Shown here in pieces: positions 1-11,249 of a stretch of 64,000 nt of DNA. Below the pieces are notes generated by a model. It ran no database searches. It was not told the DNA's origin and worked only from the letters and a program-made list of their open reading frames with translations. The position numbers and the translations under genes were made by a program. The first letter of the stretch is position 1. The number at the start of each line of letters is the position of its first letter. Source of the DNA: Rebecca billardiae RCC1528 (lineage: Eukaryota; Protista; Haptophyta); the NCBI GenBank assembly GCA_965240325.2, contig OZ251228.1, positions 496,001 through 560,000 of the forward strand. The letters run 5' to 3'.

Positions 1-196
1 CATGTTGCCGTGACTCGTGAGCTGGTGAGCGTCCTAGAAATCAGGGGATCTGCCTCGGAAATATTTTGCACGATTCTTCGTCAATCACCGGATTGCCCCT
101 GTTTAAGCTCGGCATGAAATGAGCCAACCAAGCTCTTCACAAGAGCTGCTCTTTCCAAAGGATTGCTCTTTCGTTCGATCATCTAATTATAAGATG

Positions 197-330
197 TCTT
201 ACGACGCGGCAACAGTGCCGCACAGTTCTTGAGAAGCGCTCGTCACCCCGCCACAGCAACCGTATGAATCTTACGACGCGGGGCAACAGTGCCGCACAGT
301 AGTGAGAAGCGCTCGTCACCCCGCCACAGC
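197..330 (+). repeat. Tandem duplication of a ~61-bp unit (197-257, 269-330) just upstream of the first gene
   Basis: TCTTACGACGCGG..CAACAGTGCCGCACAGT..TGAGAAGCGCTCGTCACCCCGCCACAGC occurs twice with small indels. Confidence 0.85.
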
Positions 331-398
331 TGCGTGGGCAAGGAGTCAAGGACACCTATTCGCCGGCGCCTCGCGGCGAGCCGGGCGCGCGCGCACCG

Positions 399-3175
399 AT
401 GGCGAGCGCGAGGAGTCCCATGCTCGTCACCGCGAGCGGTGCCATGCTCGCCGCCGCGCGGCGCTCCATGCCGAGCCACCGCATCACCTCGGCGAGCTCC
501 AGGGAGACCTCGGCCCACTCGCGCACGAGCGCCGCCCAGATCTCCAGCGCATCCACGCCGGGCGAGCCGGCGACGCGGCTGAAGCGCGGGCGGGTGGCGA
601 CGGCCTCGCTGCAGCACCCGACGCCAGAGTTCACGGCAGGGCGGCTCGCACGCGGGCGGGCGACGACGGCCTCGCTGAACGCGTCGCCAGTGATCAAGGC
701 AGCGCGGCCAGGGCGGCTCGCGCGCGGCCGGGCGTCCTCGGCGCACCTGCCGGGCAGGCCCACCGGGCGGCACGGGCACGCGCATCGCGACGCGCACAAG
801 CACGGCCGCAAGCCACCGTCCCGCGGCATATCGCCCTTCCTGGCCAGCCGGTTTGGTGGCGGCAGGAGCTCGCGTGTGGTGGCGGACGCGCACGGCTCGA
901 CGCGCAGGGCCTCGGGCGTGCGCGAGCCGCCGCCCGAGCGCACGGAGGAGACCGTGCGCGCCGCGCTCGAGGCGTCGAAGCTCGCAGGCCGCCGCTTCTC
1001 CGCGCGCGTGCACAGGCCGACCATCGCGGCGGGCGCCGTGCTCGGGCTGGCGGGGAGCGTGCTCGAGATCATGTACAACAACGCGCTCGGCGCGACGCTG
1101 CTCTTCCCCGGCGTCGTTGTGCTGATGCTCTCGCTGCTGCCGACCGACTGCGTGCGCATCCAGCGCACGATGTTCGCTGGTGCCCTGCTCGCCGTCGCGC
1201 TCGTCGCCGCGTACGTGTGGGCGAGCATCGTGCTGGTGGAGGCGATCGCGCGCGAGTACCCGCGCTGCTCCGACTCGGTGTTTGGCGCGCACAGCCCGAC
1301 GCTCACCCTCGTGCCCTGCTGGTTCGAGATTGGCAGCCTGGGCACGTGCGCGGGCGGCGGGCTCGTCGCCCTGCTGCTGCTTGTGGAGGTCGTCTCCAAG
1401 CTGGGCCGCCCGCCGCGCGTGCAGCTCGATGGGCTGTGGCGCGTGCTGCGCACGCTCCTCCTGTGCGCCGCCGCGCTACTCACTGTGTTTGCGGTTCTCT
1501 TCCACCTGCGATTCTCCATCGAACATCTCTGGGCGGAGATGCGCGTTGCGCTGGTCGCGCGGTACGTCGCGACGGCCGAGGCGCTGCTGCTGGCGGCGCT
1601 GCTCACGCCGAGCCGACGCACCGCGATGCACGCGTGGCTCGACTCGCACGGCGAGCCGGCGAGCGTCGCGGCGGGCATCGCCGCGCTGCTCAACGCGCGC
1701 CCCGTGAACGAGGTGCACGAGCTCGCGCGGTCGACCTTCCGCGGGATCCGTCTGGACCTGATCTGCGAGGAGCACCTGCGGAGCGCGGCGCCGATGCCCG
1801 AGCTGCACGCGTGCTCGCGGCACGCGGGCTTCGGCAGCGTCGACGCGTTCATCACGCACTCGTGGCACGACGACGCTTCGGAGAAGTGGGAGGCGCTGCA
1901 GGCGTGGCGCGCCGAGTTTGTCGCCCGCAACCACCGCGAGCCGGTCGTGTGGCTCGACAAGGCGTGCCTCAACCCCGAGAGCATCTCGGACTCGCTGCCG
2001 TGCCTGCCCATATACCTGGCCGGGTGCGACAAGCTGCTCGTGCTGATGGGGCCGACGCTGCTCACGCGGCTGTGGTGGTGCGCGCGCGGTGGCGCCGCGC
2101 CGCGCATGCCGCGCCGCGCCGCGCGCTCGCCCTCCGCCCGCGGCGCGCTCACACCCCAGCGCGCCCGGCCCGGCCCGCGCGCCCGCCCATCCGCAGCGTC
2201 GTCGAGCTCTTCATCTTCCTCAACATGGGCGGCGACCGCGCGAGGATTGAGCTGAGAGAGCTGGCGTCGATCGCGCCGCGATCGTGGCGCCGGCGGCGGA
2301 TGCCGCCGCCGCCCACGGCGTCCGCTGGCGCGGCGCGGGAGACGGCCGTAGTGGCCCCTGCGGAGCTCTACCCGGAGCCGCAGCCCGAGCCGGCGCCGGC
2401 GGCACACGCGCCGGCTGCGGAGGCGCCGCAGCGCATGACCAGTGTCTACCCGATCAACATCGCCGGCGCGACCGACGTGGACGACGACCCCACGCCCGCC
2501 GACTCGGACGTCGCCTCGCAGTCCGAGCTGGACGGCGAGCACACGCAGTGGACGCTGGACGAGCTGCTCGATCACTTTGACGTGATGGACGCCGGCTGCT
2601 CGCTGCAGCAGGACACGGAGCGGCTGCTCGCGGTGATCGAGGCGTCGTCGGGCGGCGCCGAGGCGTTCAGCGAGCGCGTGCGCCACGCGCTGCGAGGGCT
2701 GAGCAGGCCGCCCACCATCGAGTACAGCATGTCCGGCGCGCTGCGCACCATCCGGAGCATGCGCCCGAGCGGCAGCGGCGCGCAGGTCACCGGCGCCGCG
2801 GATGGCAGCGTGACGGAGGCGGGCCTGATCGGCTCGTTCAGCGGCGCGAGCTTCTCGCGCCGCGCCCGCTCGTCGTCGCGCGGCCGCTCGCCCTCGCCGC
2901 CAACCAAGAGCCCCACCGACACCGCCGATGTGAGCCCCAGCCTCTCGCCGGCTTCGCGCGCTCGGCGCGCGAGCGAGCCGCCGCGCGCCGAACAGGAGCG
3001 CAGCGCAGCGCGCCGCGCCACACGCGCCAGCGACACGCTCAGCGTGGCGAGCGCGGGCCGCCGTGACAAGCGCGGGAGCGACACGGTCTCTGTGTCCAGC
3101 ACGCAGTCGGGGGCTTCGCGGCCCCCGCGGATGGCGCCGCCTGCAGGCGACATGGTCGTCGACTCGATGGTGTAG
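399..3175 (+). CDS. Multi-pass membrane protein with cytoplasmic TIR-like domain and disordered Ser/Arg-rich tail; exons 399-2077, 2197-3175
   Basis: About 6-7 hydrophobic segments, then DAFITHSWHDD...VWLDKACL...LAGCDKLLVL.GPT. Removing intron 2078-2196 (GTGCGC...CCGCAG) joins the 399 and 302 frames and gives RLWCVVELF, the TIR-type WCxxE motif. Confidence 0.75.
2078..2196 (+). other. Spliceosomal intron (119 nt, phase 2)
   Basis: GTGCGCGCGCGG donor, CCGCAG acceptor; splicing restores a conserved motif across two reading frames. Confidence 0.85.
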
Positions 3176-3510
3176 CGCGTGGCGGTGGCGGTGGTTCGTG
3201 GTGCGGCAAGTCGGCCGGAAGGACGCTGCGGAGCCTGCCGCGAGATGTTGACGCCTCCGGCGATAGAGCTCCGGCCTCCGGCCCGCAACTTACGACGTGC
3301 CGCAACCTTGGCACCGCAACATTTACACCGCGCACGGGACCGCCGAGCGAGGACCGCGCTGCCAACATGCGTAATGTAGTGCGAGCCGTAATTCATCAAT
3401 GACGACTACTACGGTCCGGACTACGCGATGACGATTCCGCGACTCCATACTCATCCCTCCAGCGCAGTAGGGGTATGTAAAGTAGGTCCGTACAGTACAG
3501 TACAAGCACG

Positions 3511-6500
3511 ATGGCGGCGGCCACGACGCCCACAGTGCTCATGCCCAAGGTGGCCCCACCCAAGCCAAGGGGGGGCTCGGCGCGCGCGCCAGGCGCGCGG
3601 GCCAACGGCGCCGCCATGGAGGCGCTCGCTGAGGCCACCGCGCTGCCCGTCGACTCGCTCTTTCGCCTCGAGCGCCTCGACCTCGCCGAGTGCGCGCTCA
3701 GCGACGCTGCGCACGGCTCGGCGCTCGCCAACGTCGCGCGGCACAACCGCGGCCTCACCGAGCTCGACCTGAGCCGCAACGAGCTCGGCGATGCGGCTCT
3801 CGCGCTGCTCGCGCCTCTTGCCGCCGCGCACCCGTCGCTGCGCACGCTTGACCTGCAGCAGAACCGGCTCACGGCCGCATCGGGCCCAGCGCTCGCGCGG
3901 CTCGCCGGGCCGACGCGCGCGCAGCCCGCACCACAGCTCGCCGAGCTGAAGGTGAGCTCGAACCCGCTCGGCGACGCGGTGGCGCTCGTCCTGGCCGGCG
4001 CGCTCGTCCGCGCCGCCGAGTCGCGCCTCGAGGCGCTGCACATGTCGCGCGCGCGCGTGGGCGAAGAGGGCGGCATCGCGCTCGCTCGCGCCGTGCGGCC
4101 CGCCGCGTCGGGCGGCGCGCCCGCGCTGCGCGTGCTCTACCTGGCGTACAACGAGCTCGGCGACCGCGCGGCGCAGGCCCTCGCCGAGTCGCTCGCCGAG
4201 CGCCGGCCCGGCGCGGGCGCGGCCGGCGGCACGGCGCTGCGTGAGCTCTACCTCTCGGGGAATGTGGGTATTACTGACGTGGGTGCGGTCGCGCTAGTCG
4301 GCGCGTTTGGCCCGCCGTCGGCCGACGCGGAGGAGGAGGAGGCGACGGCGGTGGCGGAGGCGGCGGCGGCGAACGCCACGCGCGCCGCGGACGCCGTGAC
4401 TGGCGCTGTCGCCGCCGCTGCCGCCGCGGCGGCGGCGGGCGCGGACCCGCCCGCTCACAGCGTCGCGCCGCCCATGCCGCCGCAGCCGCCGCCGCCGCAG
4501 CCTCCGATGCCGCCGCCGGCCGCCTCCGCTCCGGGGCTGCGTGTGCTCTCGTTGAAGGCGCTGGCCCTGACCGACCTGACCGCGGCGGCGTGCGCGCGCG
4601 CGCTGGTGAGCGGGCCTGGCCGGCCGGAGGCGGTCTACCTCGGCCCGGGCACGCGCATCACCACCGACGGCGAGGCCATCCTGTCAGGGCTCCTATTGCT
4701 CGCGCCTTCCGTTTACGTTCTCTCCGCGCCCTCGGGCGAGATGTACGGCGCGCGGCTGCGGCGCGCGCTCGCGGCCGGCCCCGCGGCGGTGCTCGGCCCC
4801 GCCGCGGCGTCGCTCGCCGCGTGCCTCTCCGCGCTGCCCGCCGACGCGCAGCCCGCAGCGCTCGCGCGTGCGTGCATCGGCGTGTCGCGCGCGCGGCCGC
4901 TCAGTGCGTTTCACTTCTGCGCCGAGCTCGCGGCCGCGTGCGGCGCGCGCGCGCGCGCGCTCGCGGCCGCCGACGCGCGCGTCGCCGAGGCGGCGGAGAG
5001 CGCGCGGCTGTACGCGCAGCTGGCGGCGTGCGCGATGCTCGTGCAGCCGCCGCGCGCCGTGCGCTCGGCGCAGGCCGCGCGCGCGCGCGGCGCGAGCCCC
5101 GCTGACCACGGCGCGGGCGCGCCCATGCCGTACGCTCGCGCCGCGCCGCCGCCGAGCGCGGCGCGAGGCGGCGGCGAGCGGAGCGTCGACGGGACGTTCG
5201 CGGCAGACGAGCTCGGCGGCGCCGAGTTTATCGTCGCCGGGTTCGAGCTCACCCTCCGGCACCAGCTCAGCGTGATCGTCGCCCTGCCGGCGATGCAGCG
5301 CGGCCTGAGCCGCTCGCTGCGCGGCTCAGCCGCCGAGTACGCAGCATGGCTGTCCTCCAAAGGGTCCGAGCTGCCCGCCGCGTGGCGCCGGCCGTTCGAC
5401 CGCCGCGACGTCGCATTCGCGGCGGTGTTCCTGACGCTGCAGCTGGCTCTCGTGCAGCCGCTGTGCCTGCTCGCGCTCACGCTGTGCCCGCCGGCCGAGC
5501 CCCTCCTCGCGCGCGCGACCGCGCTCGGCCGCGAGGGCGGCGGCCGGTGCTCCGGCGGCAGCATCTGGCGTCCAATGGAGCGAGCGCTCGACGCTTCGGT
5601 GGCGCCGGACGTGGCGGCGGCGTCCCAGGCGTTCGGCCCGGCGCACGCCGAGGCCTTCTTCGGCGCGCACCGCCCGTGGCGCGCGCGCGCGCTCTGGGCC
5701 GCAGACCCGTGGCTCAAGCTCGGCCTGGACCTGGGAGCGAGCTTTGTGCTGCTCGTCTTGTGTGTCTCTCTGCCCGCAGAGGCGGCGCCGGGCGCAAACG
5801 CGCGCCGCGCGGCGTGGGCGCTGGCCATCGTGCTGGGCGCGGTGTCGACCGAGCTCGAGGAGCTCGCCGCCGAGGCGTGGCGGCACGGCTCGGCCGCGCG
5901 CGCGCTCGTGCACTACCTGCTGCATGACGAGTTCAACTGGTTCGATCTGTTCGGATTGCTGTTGGCTGGTGTCGGGCTGAGCGCGCACGTGCGCGCGGCG
6001 GCGCGGCAGGCGGGCGGCTCGGCGTGGGCCGCGCTCGCGTCCGACGCCGCGCACCCCGAGGCGGGCGCCGCCGGCCCGGGCTGGGGCGGTGCCGAGCACG
6101 ACGCCGAGCTGCCGTGGCCCTGGGCCCTCGCGCCCGAGGAGCGCGTGCCCGCGTGGGCGCACCGATGCCTGGCAGTCGCCGTCGGGCTGCTTGCCGTGCG
6201 ACTGCTCCGCATCTTCTCGCTCTCGAACCGGCTCGGCCCGTTCTCCCTGATGGCCTTCCGCATGGGCGTGGACGTGGCCAAGGTGGGCGCGATCGCCGCG
6301 CCGATCCTGCTCGCGTTCACGTGCACGCTGCACACGCTCGTCAAGACCGCGGCGGTCGACGCGCACTTTGAACAGCTCGCGCGCGGCGCCGAGCGCGCGC
6401 GAGCGGCGCCGGGCGGCCGCGCGGCCGGCCGGGTGCTGCTCGCCGCCGCGGCCAGCGCCGACGGGGCGCTCCTCGCGGCGCGGGGCGTGGGCGCCGCCCC

Positions 6501-7901
6501 GGCCGCCGCCGCCGCCCCTCCGGCGGCGCCGGCGGCCGACGACGAGTGCGCCGCGGAGGCGGCCATGTCCGCCATCGAGGCTGACTTCGGGACCAACTTG
6601 TGGCAGGCCGCGGCGGTGCTGAGCGAGATGGTGCTGGGCGGCGAGTCCGCGCCCTTCGACTGCCTGCGCCGCTCGGCGGCGGGCTGGCTGGCGTGGTGGG
6701 TCGAGGCGGCGTTCGAGGTGGTGCTCGTGATCCTGCTGCTGAACATGATCATCGCAGCGATGGCGAAGACGTTTGACAGCATCTACGTGCGCGCGCGGCG
6801 GCGGCGGCGCGCGCGGCGCGGCGTGTCAGCCGCTCCTCTGCCGCAGTGCCGCCGCCGTGCTCAGATCGGGCGCCTCCGCCCCTGGCCGCCGCGCGGCCGG
6901 CGCCGTGCCCGCGCGCGCGTGCCGCGTGCCCATCCGCGCGCCCGCTGCCGCCGCGCGCCGCTCCGCGCGCGCGCTGCTCCTCCGCTGCGCAGGAGAGCAT
7001 TGATGCGACCTCCATGCTGGTGCGCGCCAAGCTCATCCGGAATGCATGGTACCTGCCGTACGCGCCGCCGCCCCTCAACCTGCTCGGCATCCCCGCGCGA
7101 CTGGCGGCTGCCGCGTGGCGTGCCGCTGCAGCGGCGCAGCGGCCGCACCACGCCGCTTCGGCCGACGACGCCAAGGCGTGGCCGCTGGCCGGCGGCGGCG
7201 GAGGTGCGGAGGGCGAGTCGGCGCGCTCGCGCTCGCGCTCGCTGCGCCGCCGCGGCACCGCGCGCGCGCTCGGGCCGACCACGTACTGGCAGCTGCACGA
7301 GGATGAGCACGACCGCGCGCGCGACGACGACGTCGAGCAGGCGGCGTCGGCGGCGGTGCAAGCCCTCGGCGCGGCGCGGATGAGCGACGTGCGCGCAGCG
7401 GGCGCAGCGGGCGCGCCCGCGGCGGCGGCGGGCGGTGGCCCGGCGGCGGAGCGGCAAGCGTCTCTGGAGCAAAGGCGAGCGTGGCGCGCGAGTGCGGACG
7501 CGCGCACCGCGCACTACCACCGCACCATGAGCGCGTGGCGCCAGAGGCAGTCGGCTCTCGAGCGCGGCGCCTCGGAGTCGGGGGGCGCCGACGGAGCGTG
7601 GGCGGCGCGCGGCGGCAGCGGCCTCGTCGGCACGCCGGACCCGACGGACGCGGACGTGCTCGAGCTGCTGGGCTACCTTGCAGAGCACGCGCCCGACGTG
7701 GACGAGGGCGAGCGCTGGCGGCGCGCCTTCAGCCGGCGGCTCACGGGGATGGAGCGCAGGGTGATGCAGGCGCTGAACGCGCACGCGCGCGAGCTGGCCG
7801 CGATCGCGAGACTCGCGGCGGACACCTCGGCCCGCGTGAAGGCGCTCGGCGCGACGACGATCGGGCCACCGGGACCCGATGCCACCTCGTCAGCACAGTG
7901 A
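3511..7901 (+). CDS. TRP-family cation channel with N-terminal RNI-like leucine-rich repeats (~1394 aa); exons 3511-6786, 6993-7901
   Basis: LxxLxLxxNxLG repeats (LTELDLSRNELGD, LRTLDLQQNRLT, LRVLYLAYNELGD). TRP hallmarks: NWFDL, S4-S5 LLRIFSLSNRLGPFSLMAFRM..DV, S6 LLLNMIIAAMAKTF, TRP-box-like RAKLI, PPPLNLL and a C-terminal coiled coil. Confidence 0.8.
6787..6992 (+). other. Spliceosomal intron (206 nt, phase 0)
   Basis: GTGCGCGCGCGG donor, GCGCAG acceptor; joins ...TFDSIY to ESIDATSMLVRAKLI. Confidence 0.85.
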
Positions 7902-8919
7902 TGAGCGCCTGGTTCACAAGGCCGACCCAGCACGGCACCGGCAGGCGGCACCGGAAAGCCAAGGCAGCGGAAGGCACCGACCGGCCTCGCGTTCCGACTT
8001 CCGAGTCCGGGCAAGCTGCAGTAAGTAAACTTCAGTTCCACCCGTCCCAGCCCAGTACGTCAAGCTCCGTCGGGGGCCGGCCGCTGACTCAGCGAAAACA
8101 TTTGAAAAGAAATGGCCGTCCGCCGCGCGGGCAGCTTCGCTCTGGTCGTGCGCGTGCGCGTAGGCGAGGGCTGTGCGACGGCGCGTCAGGTGGGCTGGTC
8201 TGGTAGTACCTCAGAAACCCTTCCGGCGCTCATGTCTCGGCTTCCCGGCGTCTTCTGCGCCCATGCTCACTAGCCGAGCGGGTGCGTTTCAACAACAGGC
8301 CGGCAGGCGCCTACGCCACCGCTTCATCGCACAGAGTAGGCTGCAGGAGCCAGGCGCGCGCTGTCTGGAGAGAGGGCCAGTGTATATGTTTCCAATGCGC
8401 GCGCGCTCAAGGCGCCATTCGAGCGCGTGTCGCGGGCAGAAGCGGACTCAGTAGGCAATGCTTGGCTTTGGCGACCGTTGCAGTCGAGCCGCGCTAGCAG
8501 GCGGAGGAGGGCCCAAGGCGGCACATGTCTGCTGCGCCGAAGGTCGCTTACACGTGTGCACTGAGGATGAGCGCAACGCGCCGCCGCTCCAGCCATCTCA
8601 GCCGCCGCAGTCAAGCGCGCGCGACGGGCGCTGTGACGGGCCTTGGTGCTCATCTCGCCTCGAGGCGCACCTGCGCGCACTGTGTCCGGGAGCTCATGAC
8701 CGTCCATGGAACCTCATGAGCCCGCTGAGCCGGGACGGGCTCACGGGCTTTCTGGGACGGGTGGCGGGGACGGGCGCCCGCGCACAGCTGCAGGCCGAGC
8801 GAGCGACCGGCGCGGACTTGTCCAACGTCTCCAGTCACGAAATAGCTGCTCTTCGACCGGGCCGATCGCGTCCGCCAGCCCGGCCATCCCGCGTGGTCCG
8901 CTCCCCGCAACTCGCCATC

Positions 8920-10639
8920 ATGGCCCGCGGCGGCGACTTCCGCGACGGAACGTACCGCAAGCGCGTCTTCGTTGGCAAGCGCACTGTCAAGGAGGGCGAG
9001 GTCTGCGCGATCTGGAACCTGCGCGGCGAGCACAAGCTGGTCGTCGGCCCGCGCCGCCGCTGGATCTTCATGAGCGACGTGCGCTTCCTCGACCGCTACA
9101 CGGCGGACCAGAACCAGTACCTCGTCGTGGTGCACAAGAATGGGATGAAGGAGCACCTCCGCGGCCCACTCTCCATGCACCTCGATCCCGTGCACCACCA
9201 GCAGATCTCCGTCGACCAGGGCATCACGCTCGAGAACTTTGAGGCCGTCATCGTGTACCGCGAGATCGGCCGGCCGGCGCCGGGGCCCGTGGGCACGCCG
9301 CTGGCGGCGAAGAAGGCGGGGAAGGGCCAGGTGACGCGCATCGAGGGAAAAAAGGCCGTCGCTGGCGGCTGGGGCGACGGCCCGCCGCTCGCCAACGACA
9401 GCGACGTCGAGCGCGCGGTCCCGATCGTCGAGCGCCGCGTCATCCGCGGCCCGACCCTCTTCTTCCCCGCGGCGAACGAGTGGTGCGCGCGCGGCGCTGC
9501 GCGCGCACGCGCCGGCGGGTAGCTGGCTCCGGCCACTGCCCCCCGCCCGCGCCGCGCCGACCTCCGCCCCGCCCCGCCCCGCGCGCGCCGCCGCGGGCGG
9601 CAGGATTCACTCCTTCTCGTGGCACGGCGCCGTGCCGGCCTCGAAGAGGGCTGGCGGCACCAGCCCCACGAGCAACCCCTCCGCCATCCGGAACGGCGAT
9701 TGGAACTCGTCGAGCCGCGAGCGCGGGCGCAAGTCCTACGAAGACGCGGGGGCGGAGGACGAGCTCGCCCTGCAGCGCGGCGACAAGGCGCCGCACCAGC
9801 TCAAGTTCACCAAGCTCAACCTGACGCCCAAGCAGCTGTACTACGATGTGCGCGGCGTGCGCACGGCCGACGACGCGCAGATCAACATCTCGCTGATGCT
9901 CTTCTACACGCTGACGGGCATCGAGCGGATGCTGGACACGACGCAGGACCCGATCGGCGACTTCATCAACGCGATCAGCGCCGACGTGATGTCGTTCGCC
10001 GCGGAGAAGTCCTACGAGCAGGTCCTCGCGTCCTCGGCCGCGCTCTCGGACGTCGCGACGTTCCCGATCCTCGCGCAGCGCGCGCAGTCGATCGGCTTCA
10101 CGATGGACAAGGTGGTGTACCGCGGGCTGCACACCTCGTCCCACCTGCAGGAGCTGCACAACAAGTCGGTCACCAACGCGACCAAGCTGCGCCTCGACGC
10201 GCTCGACGCCGAGCAGGAGCAGAAGAAGCTCGACCTCGAGTCGCGACGCGCGTCGGAGCGCGAGGATGCCACGCTGCGTGCGGAGGCGGCGCGCGCAGAC
10301 GAGCGGCGCGCGCTCGCGGACAAGGAGCACGAGCAGCGGCTGCGCCACCTCGCCGACGTGCAGCGCGCCGAGCTCGAGCACGCGAAGCACAAGCAGGAGA
10401 CCGAGCTCACCTACCTCGGCGCGCTCGCTCAGCAGGGTGTCGACCTCACGCAGCTGCTGGTCGCGCGCGAGGAGTCGCGGCCGACGCAGCACATTCGGGT
10501 CGACGGCGCGGCCGCGCAGCTCGCCAAGGTGCACATCGCCGGTGAGCCCGCGCCGCACGCGGGGTCGGCGCGAGCGGTGGGCTCTGGCGCGGGCACCGAG
10601 GGCTCGTCGGCGTGGCCGCAGCTCTTCCGCGCGTCGTGA
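8920..10639 (+). CDS. SPFH/Band-7-like protein with N-terminal major-vault-protein-like beta repeats and C-terminal coiled coil; exons 8920-9482, 9604-10639
   Basis: Repeated 'V..GP' beta modules (KLVVGPRR, EHLRGPL, RVIRGPTLFFP), VRTADDAQINISLMLFY...DPIGDFINAISADV (SPFH-like), E/Q/R-rich helix; typical coding GC3 bias. Confidence 0.65.
9483..9603 (+). other. Spliceosomal intron (121 nt, phase 2)
   Basis: GTGCGCGCGCGG donor, GGCAG acceptor; gives ANEW-IHSFSWHG and links the 8458 and 9632 frames. Confidence 0.85.
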
Positions 10640-11249
10640 CCACGCGTCGGGCACAGCGAGCACACCCAGATCCGCTGCTCATCATCGCGTGCATCATCAT
10701 CAGCGACCACGAGCTCAGCAGTCGCAGCGGCGAGCCGATAAATTTGAGGCGAATGTCTTGTCACTGAGACTTGACCACTCCGCGGGCGGCCCCGTCACCC
10801 GGCGCGGTACACGGGACCGCGCCGATCAGTGTGACGGTGAGAATCCGATTGTCTGCGCGCGCTGTCGCCGTGCCAGGTCTCACGTGCAGGCGAGCTGCTG
10901 CAGGCCAGCGCCTCGGCTGCTGTCACAGAAGCCTGGTCGGATGGGAGCTACGGTGCCGAAAGCATGCATGCCTCCATCTGTCAGTGCACTGGCACGGGCG
11001 TTCGCGCGCACGTCCGCGCGCTCCCGCCCTGTCCGGTGTGGGAAGCGAGCCAGCGGGAGGCCTTGATGAGTTGATTCATTCCGCCATCGACAGGCCGCAA
11101 CGACCTGCTTGCGTTGCGCCGAACGCGCGGCAGCCAAAAAGCAGCACTCCCAGACCGCCGAGAGGGCGAGCAAGCCGCCATTTCCGCGGCGTCTGGAAAG
11201 CTTGGAAGGAACGACGCGGAGCCGGGGAGGCACCCCGGCTCCGGGCGCG

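Noticed and set aside
336-351. GGGCAAGGAGTCAAGG resembling the inner P-like TIR start at 56183
   Set aside because: Short gapped match with no partner TIR or continuation
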